Positions 52,095 through 64,000 of a DNA stretch of 64,000 nt are shown here, in pieces. How positions within the stretch are numbered: position 1 is the stretch's first letter; every line of letters begins with the position of its first letter. The notes under the pieces were generated by a model. The model had not been told where the DNA came from. It worked only from the letters and a program-made list of their open reading frames with translations, and did no database searches. This DNA is from an uncultured Gemmataceae bacterium (GTDB taxonomy: Bacteria; Planctomycetota; Planctomycetia; Gemmatales; Gemmataceae). Both the position numbers and the translations under genes were made by a program. The stretch lies in assembly GCA_963750165.1 (NCBI GenBank), contig CAVVPN010000011.1, positions 1 through 64,000 of the forward strand, given 5' to 3'.

Positions 52095-52376
52095 GAATCT
52101 CTCCAGTGAAAGGACACCCATCATTATGGCGAGCGGTTTCTGCCCGGCCCTCTTTCCCGGGAAACTACCTGGGAAAGAAGGGGCCGTTTAACAGAGAAGG
52201 CGAAAGTTCGCGATAGCGTTGGTGTTTGCGCACCCCGCTGGCGTCCACCCAGCGCGGCACCACCATCAGGGCAACCAGGGGCACGTCCATCCAGTGGCGT
52301 AACGGCGCGGGGGCCAGCCAGCCAAAGACCAAACAGCCACCAATGAGGGCCGGTACCAGGAGGCGAACGTGCAGCT

Positions 52377-53738
52377 TCAGCCGCGCGCAGGCCGCCCGTC
52401 GGTCCGGTCGCAACGCTCTTGCGCCTCCTCCAGGTAGATGAGCGGTGGCGTGACCCAGAGGTACAGGAGCAAAGCCAGCAGCGCATCAACCCACCAGTAC
52501 GCCTGGGTCCACAACTCCGCGCGCCATCCGTGCGTGAACAGGTTGTAGGCGAGCAGGGTGACCAGCGCCGCCGTGACCGCCAGCTGCTCAAGAAGACGCG
52601 ACCTCCAGTAGCGTGCATAGAGGAGCACCGGGCCGAAAAAAACCATCTGGAGCGCCCACTCCCAACCGCCTGCCCGATTCTCGAACCCCAGGGCAGGAGC
52701 GTTGTGTGCTCCCACGAAAATCGGCTCCCACACGATCAGCAACCCGTACAACAGCCACGCGCAATTGGCCAGATCGACTAGCATGCCCGATAAGGTTGTG
52801 GCCTCGAAGATCTGCCGGACCGCGTCCTTGAAAAGCCAGGGACTGCCGAAGCGCCGATCCGGGTTGGGGTCGGTGGCGCGGCGGACGACGGCATCGAACT
52901 GGGTATAGCCCGTGTGCGGCGGGCCGGCCGGAAGCTTGCCGGTGAGGATCTCGTGCAGGATCAAGCCCAGCGCGTACACGTCGGCCCGGCCGTCCACTTC
53001 CTGTGGGCACTTCCGCTGTTCCGGGGCCATGTACAATGGCGTGCCCATCACCTGATGCGCCTCCGTCAGCCGGGCAGCGTCGCCGGGTGGCAGGCCGTCC
53101 GGGCGGACCTCCTGACGGTCGCGCAGCCGGGCGATGCCAAAGTCGGCCAGCTTCACCTGGCCCCCTGCGGTGACCAGGATGTTCTCCGGCTTGAGGTCGC
53201 GGTGGATGATGCCGGCCGCGTGGGCGGCGGACACCGCGTCGCACAGGTTGAAGAATTGCAGAAAGGGATTGCACCAGGCGTCGCTGGGGCTTTTGCAGAA
53301 GTTTTTTTGCCGCAGGTTGTAAGGCAGGTACTCCATGATGATGAAGAACAGGTCATCGACACACCCGAAGTCGAAAATGCGCACGACATGGGGGTGGTCA
53401 AGCTGCGCCAGGGCCTGGGCCTCGCAGTGGAAGCGCTCGGCGAAGGCGGGGTTGCTGCTCACCTCGGCGGACAGCACCTTGATGGCCACCTGCCGGCCCA
53501 GCGACGGCTGCTCGGCCAGCCACACCTCCCCCATGCCGCCGCGGCCGAGCAGCTGGCGGAGCTTGTAATCGGGCAGCCGGCGGTTGAGGACGGTTTCCAG
53601 GTACTGGACGCGGTCGGGTTCTGCGGGTGTGTGGGGTGCCGTACCGTCGAGGCCCGCCGCCAGCAGACAGGCGGGGCACAGGCCCTCGGGCGCGTCGGGG
53701 GGCAGGGGGGTACCACAGTGGGGACAGGATGCGGCCAT
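52377..53738 (-). CDS. Membrane Ser/Thr protein kinase (C-terminus may extend to 52165 via a frameshift)
   Basis: CPHC...CPACLL N-terminus; [21 protein letters not shown] and YMAPE; C-terminal TMs. Confidence 0.93.
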   Translation of the reverse strand: MAASCPHCGTPLPPDAPEGLCPACLLAAGLDGTAPHTPAEPDRVQYLETVLNRRLPDYKLRQLLGRGGMGEVWLAEQPSLGRQVAIKVLSAEVSSNPAFAERFHCEAQALAQLDHPHVVRIFDFGCVDDLFFIIMEYLPYNLRQKNFCKSPSDAWCNPFLQFFNLCDAVSAAHAAGIIHRDLKPENILVTAGGQVKLADFGIARLRDRQEVRPDGLPPGDAARLTEAHQVMGTPLYMAPEQRKCPQEVDGRADVYALGLILHEILTGKLPAGPPHTGYTQFDAVVRRATDPNPDRRFGSPWLFKDAVRQIFEATTLSGMLVDLANCAWLLYGLLIVWEPIFVGAHNAPALGFENRAGGWEWALQMVFFGPVLLYARYWRSRLLEQLAVTAALVTLLAYNLFTHGWRAELWTQAYWWVDALLALLLYLWVTPPLIYLEEAQERCDRTDGRPARG

Positions 53739-53818
53739 GACAGACTCCTGGGGGACGTTGCAGTCTACCCAGAGAAGAAGCATCGGTGGCGAAAGGTTAC
53801 AGCCGCGGCAAAAAATCT

Positions 53819-54568
53819 TCAAGGAGCCAGCGCGCTGAACAGGGCCCGAATCTCGTCGTCCACCGCCGCGGGATCCTCGACCGTCTGGGCGATCTCGTCG
53901 CGGAGCAGGTCGCGGTAGCGCTGCCGCAGCCGGTGGGCCGCCACCTTGACTGCTCCCGGGGTCATGCCCAGCGCGGCCGCCGCCTCGGCGTGGGAGTCGC
54001 CCGCCGCGCCTGTCAGAGAACCCTTGAGCGCCTCGAACAAGGGGAGTTGGCCGGCCGTCTCGTAATGCTCGCGCAGGCGCTGCACGACGCGGTCCAGCAG
54101 CGTCAGTGCCCAGCGGCGCTCGAAGAGCCGTTCGGGCGTCTGCTCATGGCCGGGTTCGGCGGCGTAGCGCCGGTCGGCGTCGCCGAAGTCGAGGGACAGG
54201 AGCTGGCGACCGCCGCCGCGTTTCAGGGCCGTCGCGCGGTCGTGCTCGTTGCTGAGGAAGTGACGGCAGGCGGCCAGCAGGAAGGCGCGGAAGCGGCCGC
54301 GGGCCGGATCGACCGCGGCCAGGTCGTCGCGCTCCAGCAGGCGCGTGAAGAACTCCTGGGTCAGATCCTGCGCCTCGTCGTGGGCGTGGCCGCGGCGGCG
54401 GACGAACGCATAGAGCGGATACCAGTACAGGCGGCACAGCTCGGCCAGGGCTGCGCGGGCGGCCGACGAATCGCCCCGGGCCGCGACGACCAGACTCCAA
54501 CGAGTGGTGGCGAACACGCGCGTCTCCTCCGCTGCCTTCTTATCCACGGTCCGGATGCTGCCGTGCAT
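53819..54568 (-). CDS. Kinase-associated ECF sigma factor
   Basis: FATTRWSLV, LCRLYWYPLYAFVRR, AQDLTQEFF, GRFRAFLL and AVKVAAHRLR; directly upstream of the kinase. Confidence 0.9.
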   Translation of the reverse strand: MHGSIRTVDKKAAEETRVFATTRWSLVVAARGDSSAARAALAELCRLYWYPLYAFVRRRGHAHDEAQDLTQEFFTRLLERDDLAAVDPARGRFRAFLLAACRHFLSNEHDRATALKRGGGRQLLSLDFGDADRRYAAEPGHEQTPERLFERRWALTLLDRVVQRLREHYETAGQLPLFEALKGSLTGAAGDSHAEAAAALGMTPGAVKVAAHRLRQRYRDLLRDEIAQTVEDPAAVDDEIRALFSALAP

Positions 54569-54655
54569 TGTACCGAACGCCCGCCGCCCCGCCGTCTTGC
54601 GCGGCGCCGCAAAACCGTAACATGCCCTGCGAGCCCGGCCCCTTCGTGAGATCCC

Positions 54656-55339
54656 ATGCGGCAGATCGCCACGGACGTCTGGCAACTGCACGGCTTCCCC
54701 GCCGACGCCATCAACGTCTACCTGGTCGGGGATGTGCTCATCGACGCCGGCACGCGCTGGGCACGGTCGCGCATCCTGCGGCAGCTGACCGGTCGCAAAC
54801 TCGCGCTTATGGCGCTGACGCACGTCCACCCCGATCACCAGGGTTCGGCCGCCGTGGTCTGCGACCGCTTCCGTGTGCCGCTGGCCTGTCACGAAAGCGA
54901 CGCGGCCGTCATGGAGGGCCGGGCACCGTTCGTGCCGAGCAACCGCATCCTCCGCCTGGGCGAACGGGTCTGGGCCGGGCCGCCGGTGCGCGTTCGCCGC
55001 GTCCTGCGCGACGGCGACACCGTGGCCGGCTTCCGCGTCGTCCACACGCCCGGCCACACCCCCGGCCATGTCGTCTACTTCCGCGAGTCCGACCGCGTTG
55101 CCATCGCCGGTGATCTGCTGGTGAACATCAATTTTCTCTCCTTCCGGGAAGGGCTGCGACTGACGCCGTGGTTCTTCTCCGCCAACCCGCAACAGAACGC
55201 GCAGAGCGTCCTCGTGCTGCACCGGTTGCGGCCGTCCGTGGTCTGCTTCGGGCATGGTCCGCCGCTGTTTAAGCCGCGCTTGCTGGATGACTTTGTCGCC
55301 CGCCTGGAACGGAAGTTGGCTGACAGCCCGGCGGCGTAG
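54656..55339 (+). CDS. MBL-fold metallo-hydrolase
   Basis: THVHPDHQG, HTPGHTPGH, AGD and FGHG. Confidence 0.92.
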   Translation: MRQIATDVWQLHGFPADAINVYLVGDVLIDAGTRWARSRILRQLTGRKLALMALTHVHPDHQGSAAVVCDRFRVPLACHESDAAVMEGRAPFVPSNRILRLGERVWAGPPVRVRRVLRDGDTVAGFRVVHTPGHTPGHVVYFRESDRVAIAGDLLVNINFLSFREGLRLTPWFFSANPQQNAQSVLVLHRLRPSVVCFGHGPPLFKPRLLDDFVARLERKLADSPAA

Positions 55340-55411
55340 CGGCAAGACACGGATTGTCACCGCCGCTATCATGAACGGTGGGATGAGGAAGGACGGAGAG
55401 GAAATCCTGTC

Positions 55412-56212
55412 ATGCTGACGCGCAAGTATCTGTTTCCGAACGTCATCGAGATGAATTACCAGGCGGGCCGCCGTCTGGGCGTCAACGTTTATCTGATCGA
55501 TGGCGGCTCGGAATTTCTGCTCATCGACATCGGCTACCTCGACACGGTGGCCGAGATCATCGAACTGATTCGCAAGATGGATTTCAACCTTTCGACGTGC
55601 AAGATGATTATCGCCACGCACGCCGACGCCGACCACATCCAGGGTATCGCCCGCGCGCGGGAGCTGCTCAGGACCAGGGTTGCCGCCCACCCCAAGACGG
55701 TCGAGCCACTGAAAACCGGCGATGAGATCATGACCTTCGCCACCATCAAGGCGCAGAACATTTTTCTGGAGATGCCACCCTGCGAGGTCGATCAGCAGCT
55801 CAACGAGGGCGACAGCATCACCGTCGGCAAGCAAAAACTGACCGTCTGGCATACGCCGGGCCACACGGAAGGCCAGCTCAGCTTCAAGATGGGCAACCTG
55901 CTGTTCTGCGGCGACAACATTTACAAGGACAGCTGCGTGGGCGTCATTGACGCGCACCACGGCTCGGACATCCCGGCATTTCTGAAGTCGCTGAAGCGCA
56001 TCCAGCAGGACGACGCGGAGTTTTTGCTGCCGAGCCACGGACCCGTCTTTCGTCGCGACAAGCGCATCTTGCAGAAGGCCATCGACCGGCTGACGCAGTA
56101 TCAGTACATGGCGGACTTCGGCACCTGTGCCACGGCCTGGCCGCTGCTGGACGAGTGGGAGGCCGACATCACCGCCGGCCGCATGCCCGACTTTAACAAG
56201 AAAGAAAAATAG
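55412..56212 (+). CDS. MBL-fold metallo-hydrolase
   Basis: THADADHIQG, HTPGHTEG, CGD and PSHG. Confidence 0.92.
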   Translation: MLTRKYLFPNVIEMNYQAGRRLGVNVYLIDGGSEFLLIDIGYLDTVAEIIELIRKMDFNLSTCKMIIATHADADHIQGIARARELLRTRVAAHPKTVEPLKTGDEIMTFATIKAQNIFLEMPPCEVDQQLNEGDSITVGKQKLTVWHTPGHTEGQLSFKMGNLLFCGDNIYKDSCVGVIDAHHGSDIPAFLKSLKRIQQDDAEFLLPSHGPVFRRDKRILQKAIDRLTQYQYMADFGTCATAWPLLDEWEADITAGRMPDFNKKEK

Positions 56213-56296
56213 CCACAGAGGACACAGAGAGGAAAAGAGGCGGATAAAATAACTCCTCCTTTTTTCTCTCTGTGTCCTCTGTGTCCTCTGTGGCTA
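56210..56296. repeat. CCACAGAGGACACAGAG-type inverted repeat between convergent genes
   Basis: tagccacagaggacacagag ... ctctgtgtcctctgtgtcctctgtggcta. Confidence 0.8.
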
Positions 56297-56302
56297 AATT
56301 GT

Positions 56303-57265
<963 letters not shown>

Positions 57266-57631
57266 GCTGAACTCCTTTTGACACAAACTACCGGTTGTCA
57301 ACCTGTTAAATGACGCACACAATTGGGTAACGCAGTGAATTCGACACAGAATTCCCAGGAATCTGCCTTGCGCGGGCGACGGGCAAAGGTCACCCACTGG
57401 AAAACTGGATGACTACCCCGACGGGCCGACCTACAGGGCCGCCACGAGGAAGTTTACGGAACTCCCTCAATTGGTGAAGCCGACGCCAAAAAGGACGCGA
57501 ACACCTGCCAGGTCATCTACGAAAAGTACCTGCTCTGGATTCGCTCCGGGGCCGCGCTGAGTCCACATAGACACACTCCGGTCGAGTGGTCCGCACGTGA
57601 GCTGTGTTGGTACGGCGGCGCGGAGGGTGGC

Positions 57632-58474
57632 GTGTTTGAAGAGAAATGGAGCGTGCGGAACATCACCGACTCCGCTCAGCGCATCCTGAAGCAGATCCCT
57701 TCCCGAGCAAGCGACCGCGGTCTGGATGTGGTCGATGGCTCGTCCATCGTTATGACAGCAACACCGTGCAGGCTTTCAATGGCTTCCTGCAGGTGGCCGG
57801 CGCTGACAGGGATATGAATCCAAAGATCGTCCTCGTCAACGGCGCCATGGGTGGCATGTCGGCCAACATGGTTCAGAACCCCGACGATAACAGCCGCGGC
57901 ACGAAGTACTGGGCGGCGCTCGATCAGAAGCTCAAGGCGGCGGGCGTGACGCGGGCACAGGCGCAGATTATCTGGCTCAAGGAGACCAACCCCGGCCCAC
58001 ATGCCGGCGGCTTCCCGAAATACATTCGCGATTTGCAGTCCGAGCTAACACGGATCGTCCAGGTGCTGCCCAAACGTTTTCCGAACGTGAAACTGGTCTA
58101 CCTGTCGAGCCGCACCTATGGCGGTTGGGCCAAGGCGCCCCCAGACCGGGCCGGCGGTCCCGGCAACTCCGAACCGTATTCCTACGAGACCGGTTTTGCC
58201 GTGAAATGGCTCATCGAACATCAACTCAAGGGGGGACGCCGCGTTGAATTACGACCCGAAGCGCGGCGCCGTCAAGGCGCCGTGGCTGAGCTGGGGGCCG
58301 TACCTGTGGGCCAACGGCGAGGTCCAGCGCAAGGATGGCTTTCACTTCCAGCTGAGCGACTTCCGCGAGAACGACCGCATGCACCATTCCGTGCAAGGGC
58401 AAACGAAGATCGGCCGGCAGTTATTGCATTTTTTCAAGACCGATTCGACGAACAGGGGATGGTTCGTCAAGTAA
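57632..58474 (+). pseudogene. Chimeric remnant: a short N-terminal stub joined to a 5'-truncated SGNH-like gene
   Basis: MFEEKWSVRNITDSAQRIL... switches near 57755 to SNTVQAF...NGAMGG...WLKE...YLSSRTYGGW; extra G near 58235; ends DRMHHS. Confidence 0.55.
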
Positions 58475-58492
58475 TGGATCGGAAATGGATTG

Positions 58493-58555
58493 GGTCGGAG
58501 CCCGAGCGCCAGCGCGGGGCAGAGTCTGCCCCGCGCTGGCACTCGGGCTCCGACC
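58493..58555. repeat. Near-perfect 31-bp-arm palindrome
   Basis: ggtcggagcccgagcgccagcgcggggcaga-g-tctgccccgcgctggcactcgggctccgacc. Confidence 0.85.
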
Positions 58556-58567
58556 AGAAATAAGCGC

Positions 58568-59887
58568 TCACGTCAAGTTCGCCAGCACACCGTCGCCGCA
58601 GAAGTTCGGGTTGCCGAAGCGCGGGATGCGGTGCCCCATACCGTGCGCCAGCGCCAGCAGCAGACGGTTGTGCGGCACACGGTTGTAGCGCAACGACCGG
58701 CTCATGCGGAAGTCGAGGCCGTTACCGACCAGTACCCACGGGATATTGTCGAGCGTGTGCGAATTGCCCTTGCCCAGCTCGTTGGTCCAGACGATCAAGG
58801 TGTTGTCGAGCAGCGTGCCGGTGCCGCCCGGCTCGGGCGTCTCCGCCAGCCGCCGCGCCAGGTAGGCCAGCTGCTCGCAATACCAGCGGTTGATCCGCGT
58901 CAGCTGGTCCTGGGCCGTGCGGTCGCTGTCGGGCCGGTGCGACAGCTCGTGATGGCCTTCCGAGACCTGAATCCAGTTCATCCGCGCCATGCCGACCGAG
59001 TTCGTGAATTGCAGCGTTGCCACGCGCGTGAAGTCGGCGGCGAAGCTGTTGACCATCAGCTCGATCTGCATCCGCGAAATCTGCGGGATGTGGTTGTTTT
59101 CCAGGCGGACGTTGGCCTCCAGCTGCGGCACGGCGTGCTGGGCGGCCCGGTTCGCACGCAGATCCTGCTCCATCTCGCGCACGAACGTCGTGTGCTGGTC
59201 GAGCAGGCGGCGATCCTCGGCGCTGATGGCCGCCGACAGCCGTTGCAGGTCGCCGCGGAGGTCGTCAAGGACGCTGCCGACGGTCTCCTGATCGCGCACC
59301 CGACCGTAGAGGCGCTGGAACATCTGATAGGGGTCATCGACCGGCGCGATCGGCCGGTTGGCGCCGGCGTAGACCATGCGCGTCCAGGTGTCGGCGCGGT
59401 TGGGGACCATGACGCCGAACTCCAGCGAACCAAACCGCGTCCGGGTGGCGGCGTCGCGCTGCAGAAAGTTCTTGATCTCCTGATCGATCGAGATGCCACG
59501 GGCCCAGCCGGCCGGGGTGTCGCTGCCGCCCTGGACGTTGCCGGGGAACAACTCGACCCCGGTCAGCAGACAGCCCATGCCGCGCATGTGCGCGTCGCCG
59601 TCGCCGCGGATGCGGTCGCAGACGCCGTGCAGCGTCAACAGACGGTTCTTGAACGGCTCCAGCGGGCTCAAACTGGCCTTGAGCGCCACGTTCGCCAGGT
59701 TCCCCGCGGCGTCCGGCCAGAAGGTATTCGGCACCACGCCGTTGGGGCTGAACATGATGACGAGCCGCTGCTTGCGCCGCTGCTGGTTGGCGAAGGCGAG
59801 GCCCGGCAGGTTGCCGACGAACGGCAGGGCCGCCGCCGTGACGCCGAGACTGTGCAGGAATTCACGACGCGTGCGCTGGGCTGCCAT
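58568..59887 (-). CDS. DUF1552 family protein
   Basis: Tat [30 protein letters not shown] and NELGKGNSH. Confidence 0.92.
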   Translation of the reverse strand: MAAQRTRREFLHSLGVTAAALPFVGNLPGLAFANQQRRKQRLVIMFSPNGVVPNTFWPDAAGNLANVALKASLSPLEPFKNRLLTLHGVCDRIRGDGDAHMRGMGCLLTGVELFPGNVQGGSDTPAGWARGISIDQEIKNFLQRDAATRTRFGSLEFGVMVPNRADTWTRMVYAGANRPIAPVDDPYQMFQRLYGRVRDQETVGSVLDDLRGDLQRLSAAISAEDRRLLDQHTTFVREMEQDLRANRAAQHAVPQLEANVRLENNHIPQISRMQIELMVNSFAADFTRVATLQFTNSVGMARMNWIQVSEGHHELSHRPDSDRTAQDQLTRINRWYCEQLAYLARRLAETPEPGGTGTLLDNTLIVWTNELGKGNSHTLDNIPWVLVGNGLDFRMSRSLRYNRVPHNRLLLALAHGMGHRIPRFGNPNFCGDGVLANLT

Positions 59888-60160
59888 GTGGCTCACTCCA
59901 GATGGTTGATGGACGGTGCCGCGGCTGCCCCCAGCCGACGGGTAGGTTGAACCGGCGGAATCTGCGGGTTTCGTGCGGTTTTGCCCGGCAGGAGAGTAGT
60001 GCGGCGGGCAGACTTCCGAAACTCGGTTGGTAGGGTGAGCGTATCATTGGCCATCGGGTATGTCAAGCATCTGCTTCCGACAGCGTTTGCTGGCGCTCGG
60101 GCTCGGACGAACGCCGGGATCGAGCTATAATTGCCACGGCCATTCGCAGGAGACGGTTTC

Positions 60161-62409
60161 ATGCAAGAAGCTTCCGCAATCGAACCGAACCACAAGGCCG
60201 CCAACGGAGCCCCGTCCGCGACCCCGCCGGCCCCGTCCGCGCTGCCGGCCCCGTCCCTCGACGACCCAGCGCTGTACCTCAACCGCGAGTTGAGCTGGCT
60301 GGAGTTCAACCGCCGCGTCCTGGAGGAAGCGCTCGACCCGAAGGTGCCGCTGCTGGAGCGCCTGAAGTTCCTGGCCATCTTCGGCTCCAACCTCGACGAG
60401 TTCTTCATGGTCCGCGTCGGCGGTCTGCAACAAAAAATCCACGGCGGCATCGCCGTCGGCTCCGGCGCCGACCGCATGCCGCCCCGCGAGCAGAACGAGC
60501 GCATTCACGCCACCGTCCTGCAGATGCTCGCCCAGGCCGATCTGTGTTTGACCCAGGAACTGCTGCCGGCCCTGGAGCGCGAGGGCATCGTCATCCGCAG
60601 CATGCAGCAACTGACCGAGGGCGACCGTCGCCACGTCGGCGAGGTGTTCCGGCGCGAGGTCTTCCCGGTGCTGACGCCGCTGGCCATCGACCCCGGCCAT
60701 CCGTTTCCACACCTGCTCAACAAATCGCTGAACCTGGCCGTGCTGCTGCTGCGCCCGGCGCCAGCGAACCGTCGTTCGCCGTCGTGCAGGTGCCCAGCGT
60801 GCTGCCGCGCTTCGTGCAGTTGCCGTCCCCTGGGCCTGGCCCCGGCGCGGAGAAAGGTGGGGGCTATGCGTTCACGTCCCTGGAAACCGTCATCCGCAGC
60901 CACCTGCCCGAACTCTTCCCCGGCATGGTGCTGGTTTCCGCCTCCGTCTTCCGCGTGACGCGCAACAGCGAGTACGAAATCGACGACGAAGAGGTTGAAG
61001 ACCTGCTCAAAGCCATCGAGGAGGAAATCCGCAAGCGCCGCCGCGGCGACGCGGTGCGGCTGGAGCTGGAAGCGGGCTGCCCGCCGGAGGTGGAGCAGTT
61101 CCTGATGGAGGCGCTGGAGCTGGTGCCGCTCGACCTGTTTCGCGTCCCTGGCCTGCTCGATCTGACCGGGCTGTTCCAGATTCACGGCCTGCCCGGCTTC
61201 GCCGCGCTGCGCGACCCGGGGTTCGCGCCGCAGCCGGTGGCGGAGTTCCAGAAGGCGACCACGCTCTGGTCGGCGATCCGCAGCCGCGACATCCTGGTGC
61301 ATCACCCATACGAATCGTTCAACCCCGTCATCGACTTCATCGAGGCGGCGGCGGTCGATGACCGGGTGCTGGCCATCAAGCAGACGCTGTACCGCACCAG
61401 TAGCGACTCGCCGGTGGTGCGGGCGCTGCAGCGCGCCGCCGACAACGGCAAGCAGGTGACCGCGGTCATCGAACTGAAGGCCCGGCTCGACGAGGAACGC
61501 AACATCCTGTGGGCGCGCGAGCTGGAGAAGGCGGGCGTGCATGTGGTGTTCGGCTTCGTCGGCCTGAAGACGCACTGCAAGGTGGCGCTGGTGGTGCGCC
61601 GCGAAGACGATGGCATTCGCCGCTACGTCCACCTGGCGACCGGCAATTACAACCCGCAGACGGCGCGCATCTACTCCGACCTGGGTTACTTCACCTGCAA
61701 CCCTGACTTCTGCGAGGACGTGTCGGCGCTGTTCAACTACCTGACGGGCTACTGCGAACTGCCGCAATGGCGCAAGCTGATCGTGGCGCCGAGCCGGATG
61801 CAGGGCTTCTTCATCGAGAAGATCGAGCAGGAAGCGCGCAACCAGCAGGAGGGTAAACCGGCACGGGTGATCGCCAAGATCAACGGCCTTTTGGAGCCGG
61901 CGGTGGTGCGGGCGCTGTACCGCGCCAGCCAGGCGGGCGTGCGTATTGACCTGATCTGTCGCGGGATCTGCGCACTGCGGCCGCAGCTGCCGGGCGTCAG
62001 CGACAACATCCGCGTGATCTCCATCGTGGATCGCTTCCTGGAGCACAGCCGGATTTTCTACTTCGACAACGGTGGCGACCCGCAGCTGTACCTCGGCTCG
62101 GCGGACTGGATGGACCGCAACCTGAGCCGGCGCGTCGAGGTGGTGATCCCGGTGGAGCCGCCGGAACTGAAGCAGCGCCTGCGTGAAATCCTTGCCATCT
62201 CACTGGCGGACAACGTCAAGGCGCGGGAGTTGTTGCCGGACGGCAGTTACCGACGGGTGCAGCCAGAGCCGGGTCAGCCGCTGGTGCGCAGTCAGGAGCG
62301 TTTCCTGGAGCTGGCGGCGCAGAACGCCCTCCGCCGCGCCCCGGACGTGCCGCCGACGCCGGAGCGCCTGGTGCGGCCGCGGCCGGGACGCAAGCGCCGC
62401 GCCAAGTGA
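60161..62409 (+). CDS. ppk1: Polyphosphate kinase 1, frameshift near 60755
   Basis: NRELSWLEFNRRVL, SNLDEFFMVRV, HPFP, HHPYESF, IKQTLYR, KTHCK and RFLEHSR; adding one C gives RPGASEPSF. Confidence 0.95.
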
Positions 62410-62412
62410 GGG

Positions 62413-62458
62413 GTCCGAGCCGCGCACGGAGCGTACTCGCGGAGTAAGCGGCTCGGAC
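62413..62458. repeat. REP-like hairpin between convergent genes
   Basis: gtccgagccgc ... gcggctcggac. Confidence 0.65.
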
Positions 62459-62461
62459 GAG

Positions 62462-63769
62462 TCAGTTCCCCACCGGGACGACGCCCGGAGCCGGCGCTAC
62501 CTCGACGCGCAACTTGCCGGCCGCCTCGGTGATCGTCAGCGCGTATGCCTGGTTGTTGCCCCAGTTGACGACAGCGCCGCGCGGCAGCTGGGTGCCGCGC
62601 CACAGCACGTCGCCGTCCTTGCGCAGCTCCAGGTCGAGCGTGCGGCTCTTCGCCACCCAGCCGGCGCGGACCTTCGGCAGTTCCAGTTCAGTGACGCCGG
62701 GCACGTTCAGGGCCATCGACGACACCTGCGGCGCCTGCTTGCCCAGTGCTCCGCGCCACTCCTGCGTCAACACCAGCTGCGCACTCCACATCGGCAGCGG
62801 CGCGTTGCGGTTCAACAGGCCGCCCTGCTTGACCAGCTGGCCCGTGAGCGTGACCCTTTTTTTGTCCGCGCTGATCTCCAGATTCGGCGACTTCACCTCC
62901 GGCGGGAACGCCCCCAACTGCGCCTGTGTGAACATGAAGCCGTTCTCCGCCGCATACTCCTTCGAGAAGGAGAAGGTGGTGTCCTGCACGTCGGCCGGGA
63001 AAGCGACCACGATCGGCAGCACCTTCTGCACCGGCCGGACGCGCATGGCCTCGTAGGCGACCTGCACGGTGGCGGTGACCAGGCCCGCCGGCGCAGGCGC
63101 GACCGTCACCTGCTCCGAGCGCTCGACCGTCTGCTTGCCGTTGAAGGCCGCGAACCGGATGAAGTGAGTGCCGGGCTGCTTGAACGTGACCATGCGCTCC
63201 TGGGTGGTCGGGGCGTCCTCGGCGACCTCCAGCGGCTGATCGTCGCCGACGGACCAGACGCAGACGTTGGCGTTCTTGAACTTGACGGCAACGCGGTACG
63301 TGGCCGGCGCATAGGACACGGCCTGCACGGGGGTCACGGTGAATTCGTCGATGGCCGGGGTCGGCGCTTCGGAGTCGAGCGTCAGCGTGGCGCTGCGGTC
63401 GTTGGCTTCGCTGAGGAGGTTCTTCAGCGTCAGCTTGACGGTGTAGACGCCGGGTTTGGCGTAGGTGTGCGTGGCGTTCTGGTCGGGGACGAACGGCTCC
63501 AGGGCAGTGCCGTCGCCGAAGTCCCACCAGCCCTCGCGGCCGCCGCTGGAGCGGTTGTGGAAGACGACCTTGAGGCCGTCGGGGTCGGCCTGGAAGTTGG
63601 CCACGGGCGCGGCCGGCTTGATGATCTGATCGACCAGCGAGGTCGCGTACATCATCGCGGCGCCGGCGAGCAGACTGCCGACGCTCACCATCCCGGCTCT
63701 GAGCCAGCCGAACAGTTTGCCGCCGGCTCCCCGGGGCGCGGCTGGCGTCTCCGATTGGGCCTCTGCCAT
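62462..63769 (-). CDS. Membrane-anchored PKD domain protein
   Basis: N-terminal TM; PVANF, WWDFGDG and HTYAKPGVYTVKL. Confidence 0.88.
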   Translation of the reverse strand: MAEAQSETPAAPRGAGGKLFGWLRAGMVSVGSLLAGAAMMYATSLVDQIIKPAAPVANFQADPDGLKVVFHNRSSGGREGWWDFGDGTALEPFVPDQNATHTYAKPGVYTVKLTLKNLLSEANDRSATLTLDSEAPTPAIDEFTVTPVQAVSYAPATYRVAVKFKNANVCVWSVGDDQPLEVAEDAPTTQERMVTFKQPGTHFIRFAAFNGKQTVERSEQVTVAPAPAGLVTATVQVAYEAMRVRPVQKVLPIVVAFPADVQDTTFSFSKEYAAENGFMFTQAQLGAFPPEVKSPNLEISADKKRVTLTGQLVKQGGLLNRNAPLPMWSAQLVLTQEWRGALGKQAPQVSSMALNVPGVTELELPKVRAGWVAKSRTLDLELRKDGDVLWRGTQLPRGAVVNWGNNQAYALTITEAAGKLRVEVAPAPGVVPVGN

Positions 63770-63847
63770 GATGGATCCTCCTTGATCGATCCGGACAGCG
63801 GACGGTGGCAGCATACGCCGGCACGGGTCGCGGCGTCGAGAGCGGTT

Positions 63848-64000
63848 TTAGCCGGCATTTTCGGCCGCCAGCTGGGTGTGCGGTGCAGCCGCCGCCTCGT
63901 AGCCGTTCAAATGCTCGGTTGGGACGGCGGCCGCCGCCGGCAGCGCCGGCCGCAGCCGCAGGTAGACCAGGTAGCCGAGCAGGCCGGTGCCCCAGTCGAT
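63848..64000 (-). CDS. C-terminus of a membrane protein (cut by the window edge)
   Basis: Open frame IDWGTGLLGYLVYLRLRPALP...ENAG*. Confidence 0.6.
   Translation of the reverse strand: MDWGTGLLGYLVYLRLRPALPAAAAVPTEHLNGYEAAAAPHTQLAAENAG

Noticed and set aside
60740..60780. Programmed frameshift in ppk1
   Set aside because: No slippery heptamer; fits the window-wide single-base indel pattern.

Overview
GC-rich bacterial chromosome segment, very probably a planctomycete (Gemmataceae-like). This rests on DUF1559 prepilin-like genes, DUF1552/DUF1592, DUF1080, a LEDR-type planctomycete export motif and an ECF sigma/Ser-Thr kinase pair. Housekeeping genes include zwf, rnc, lexA, queA, kbl, cysK, ppk1, tmRNA and a partial tRNA at the left edge. 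A mobile-DNA graveyard spans about 18.9-26.2 kb. It holds a DUF433 stub, a 205-bp MITE-like element, a decayed integrase with a DUF1580 remnant next to a tRNA-Gly(CCC) 3' att fragment, and an IS1202-like IS. It also holds a nested set in which a relic ISKra4-like element was hit by an unclassified Mutator/IS256-like IS and by an intact ISKra4-like relative, each with a 9-bp target duplication. The most unusual genes are a MacA-type adaptor fused to a cleanly excised MacB periplasmic domain, and a 2257-aa surface protein ending in cohesin-dockerin-cohesin-like modules. Many REP-like palindrome families occupy the intergenic gaps. About eight frameshifts sit in short homopolymers or repeats and are probably assembly errors. 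All family assignments come from motif recognition; no database searches were run.
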